NCBI GenBank assembly: GCA_965655095.1
Contig: OZ296652.1
Location: 15,004,001 to 15,068,000, forward strand
Reading direction: 5' to 3'
Origin: Haplodiscus bocki
Taxonomy: Eukaryota
Length of the DNA: 64,000 bases
Below the pieces are notes generated by a model. It searched no databases. It saw only the letters and a list, made by a program, of their open reading frames with translations, and was not told the origin of the DNA. Every line of letters starts with the position of its first letter. Position 1 is the first letter of the stretch. Shown piece by piece: positions 61,314-64,000 of this stretch. The position numbers and the translations under genes are program-made.

Positions 61314-61723
61314 TACTCCTTCTTTAAACGAAATAAATAAAAATTCTACTATGGATCCCAATATGTTAACTAAATATTATAAATTGAAACCTATGAATGA
61401 TTTCATGAATATTAAATATCAAAATCCAAAAATGTCACAATCAGAGATATCATCTCAATTAAACATGTCTCCTTCTACTATACAAAGATATAGAAATGAT
61501 ATAAATATGCTTTCACCATACAGAATTAGCCCAAATAACGTTGAAAAACAGGAAAAAAAGACCAAAATCGATAATAATGGTGACCTCAAATGACCTCAAG
61601 ACAACTTCAAATGATAAAAAAACAAAATCAAAAAATGTTTTAAAAGCTGGATCTGTACAAGAAGAGAATATTGAAATTAATGAACATTATTTAGATAAAA
61701 TTCTTAAAAATAATAATTTATAA
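61306..61723 (+). pseudogene. HTH DNA-binding protein (frameshifted near the 3' end)
   Basis: MSQSEISSQLNMSPSTIQRYR helix-turn-helix; continues in ORF 61541..61723. Confidence 0.6.
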
Positions 61724-62065
61724 ATGGAATTAGCCATGCAATTAATTTCTTCTGATCAAACAGTTAGAAATGATACTATACAAGATTTAAAAGATTTTAA
61801 CCAGCAATCATTATCAACACAAGCTAAAAAAGGGGAACAGTTGACATCTATGATGCCAGCAATCAAAAAAGCCTTTAACGTTTTAGGTGATGATATAATT
61901 GAATTATCTACAGAAAATGATGTTTTGAAAAATCAAATAGGTGAATATGATCAAAAATGGTTAGAAGAATCAAAAGCAAAGTTATTAAAAGATATCAATG
62001 ATGAAAAAAGAGCTAATTTAATTATGTCTAGGATGAAAAAACAAATGAATAAAAAAACTAAATAA
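61724..62065 (+). CDS. 113-aa coiled-coil hypothetical protein
   Basis: Intact ORF abutting the previous stop (TAA ATG). Confidence 0.65.
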   Translation: MELAMQLISSDQTVRNDTIQDLKDFNQQSLSTQAKKGEQLTSMMPAIKKAFNVLGDDIIELSTENDVLKNQIGEYDQKWLEESKAKLLKDINDEKRANLIMSRMKKQMNKKTK

Positions 62066-62131
62066 TTGCACTTATTGTTATACGAATATTAATATAATTA
62101 TTCTTATACTTGTACGTTTATTATTGTTTAA

Positions 62132-62563
62132 ATGGCTTATATATCGTATAACAAACTCTGGGAAAGCGAATTTGATGGTATCGTTTCAAAACGTGATAAA
62201 TTACAAGATTTAAATATCAATCAATTAAAACTTGAAGTACATGATACTTATAAAAAAGATGAAAGACTAACAACAAACTTTGAACCTATTGACAACTTAG
62301 ATGTTATAAACAAAGGTTACCTAGATGAAAAATTGTTAAAAATAGATGGTCACTTATCAAAATTAGAAAAAGATTTCAACGAATTTAAATTACAATACAA
62401 CAAACAATCTGTAGAAGATATTTTAGTTCAAAGAGCTGTTAAAACGACTATACAAATATTATATGATAAAGGTTTCTTTGATACTTTTCAAAATGCTGAT
62501 AAAGTTTTAGAAGACTTCTTATTTACAACACGACGTAGACCTGATTTAGAAGATAATACATAA
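62132..62563 (+). CDS. 143-aa hypothetical protein
   Basis: Intact ORF; EPIDNLDVINKGYLD resembles the short DA.NK.YVD-type repeat of viral structural proteins. Confidence 0.65.
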   Translation: MAYISYNKLWESEFDGIVSKRDKLQDLNINQLKLEVHDTYKKDERLTTNFEPIDNLDVINKGYLDEKLLKIDGHLSKLEKDFNEFKLQYNKQSVEDILVQRAVKTTIQILYDKGFFDTFQNADKVLEDFLFTTRRRPDLEDNT

Positions 62564-62733
62564 TTACATTTATACGAGTATTTATATTTATGTATACATA
62601 CATTTATACGAGTGTTTATGAGTATTTATATTTCGATTATACATAGAAGTATATGGGTATTGATACATATAATTATATGAGTAACACATACAACTATATG
62701 TATACTTATACATATATTTATATGAGTGTTTAA

Positions 62734-63131
62734 ATGATGACATTCAATGATTTTATTAAAAAACATAATTTAAAAAACAAAGCAACATCAAATATAAAAA
62801 TACAAAAAGTACTTGATTCTATTGGATTAAACAATGTTAATATTTATCTAAGAGACGGACCGTTTTTGAGTGATATAGGAATCGTTGATTTACATCCAAT
62901 TCGAGGTAGCCATTGGGTTTTATATATTTTGATTCCTATGGGGTTACACCACCTAGAAAACTATCTAAATTTATTATAAAACGAAATGGTTATTGTTTAT
63001 ATTCAGAATATCAGATTCAAAAAAATGATAGTTTATGTGCAAGTTATTGTTTATATATAATTTATTTGACAAAAGTGTTAGGTATTGATTTTAAATCTGT
63101 TGTTTTAAATTTGTATTATCAAATGATATAA
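62734..63131 (+). pseudogene. Adenain-like cysteine protease (Polinton PRO), frameshifted
   Basis: GIVDLHP..GSHWV | YFDSYGVTPP...YQIQKNDSLCASYCLY: the His-Asp-Gln-Cys catalytic order of adenoviral-type proteases. Confidence 0.85.
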
Positions 63132-63503
63132 TAACTTCAATGATATCAACTTCCAAAACGTTGAATTAAACTTTTACAACAAATGTAAGATATGGATACA
63201 TACATTTATACTTGTATTTATACATATGTATACTTACATTTATATGAGTAAGTATTACATCTGAAAACTGGTTTGTTAGAGAAGTTTCAAATAATGATGA
63301 CATATTATAACGTTAACGTTTCTTTAATATTAAATGACTTTGAGAAAAATAACTATTGATAATAGTGTTCGATATATTCCAAAATCTGAACAGATGAGTG
63401 AAAATAAAACAAAAACAGTTCCTCGTAAACAAAACAAAAAAATTTCACAAAACAATAAAAAGTTTCTTAATAGTATTTCAGCATCAGGATTCAAACTCCT
63501 TAA

Positions 63504-64000
63504 ATGAATAATGAACTGTTACTTTTAATTAAAAAAACATACAGATACTCTTATTCAACAAACAAAAACAAAACCTCAAGAAACACTCGAATTCAAAATG
63601 AATAAAAAAATGCAAATATTTTCGTTTAATCCTCCAATAAATTTAATTGAAGAAGACAAATGGTTATTAGCTGTTAGTTCGTTTGAGTGTACAAATTCTG
63701 TTTTTAATATAACTGATGAAAACAACTCATTTTCAATAATTATACCAGGTCATTACCAAAACAAAACCGATGAAAAAACTATTGACAATCTGAATAAATT
63801 ATTAGAGCTTAAATCTCTTGAATTACATGTAGAAGAAGTTAAAAAAAGAGGAAATAAAATAAAAATAGAAGATAAAGAATTTAAATTATCAGATTTTGAT
63901 GATCAAAAAAATGAGATAATTGAAGAATTAAAAAATGCTAAATACAATGATCTTGAAGATTCAGTTTACAGAATGCGACTATCTTATGATGAAATTATGG
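63504..64000 (+). CDS. Probable minor capsid (penton-like) protein N-terminus; one A-run frameshift near 63535; runs off the window
   Basis: FSFNPPINL...KWLLAVSSFECTNSVFNITDENNSFSI; open to the window end; sits next to the protease. Confidence 0.55.

Larger units (their letters stand above)
59810..64000 (+). mobile_element. Polinton/Maverick-like endogenous DNA virus segment (continues beyond window)
   Basis: Abrupt shift to very high AT; compact intronless ORFs; adenain-type protease; probable minor capsid. Left boundary uncertain. Confidence 0.78.

Overview
AT-rich animal genomic DNA (spliceosomal genes) dominated by nested mobile elements. (1) 1-~14,894: 3' part of a large, mildly decayed Ty3/Gypsy LTR retroelement. 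Order: gag end / -1 frameshift / pol (protease, TARG1-like macrodomain, RT, RNase H, integrase) / antisense ORF / head-to-tail cluster of small paralogous ORFs / chuvirus-like class III env / TRAF-domain gene / PPT / long 3' LTR with a hairpin array. (2) ~17.3-17.95 kb: a minus-strand fragment, probably of another retroelement. (3) 19,288-43,450: a second, older Gypsy element with both LTRs, gag-pol, unknown accessory ORFs and an F-like (class I) env. It contains a ~1-kb x ~6 tandem array, and a hAT transposon with an 8-bp TSD sits in its 3' LTR. (4) 45,485-48,336: a six-coding-exon transformer-2 gene with a candidate autoregulatory 3'UTR intron. (5) Palindromic MITE-like elements, a 178-bp degenerate satellite and tRNA-derived SINE-like remnants. 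(6) The first two coding exons of a NELF-E-like gene. (7) ~59.8 kb to the end: a Polinton/Maverick-like virus segment (adenain-type protease, probable minor capsid) whose ORFs mostly begin at TAAATG. The best candidate for an undescribed system is element 1, a 'complex' invertebrate retrovirus-like Gypsy with several putative host-defence-modulating accessory genes. Family assignments are by motif recognition only; no searches were run.
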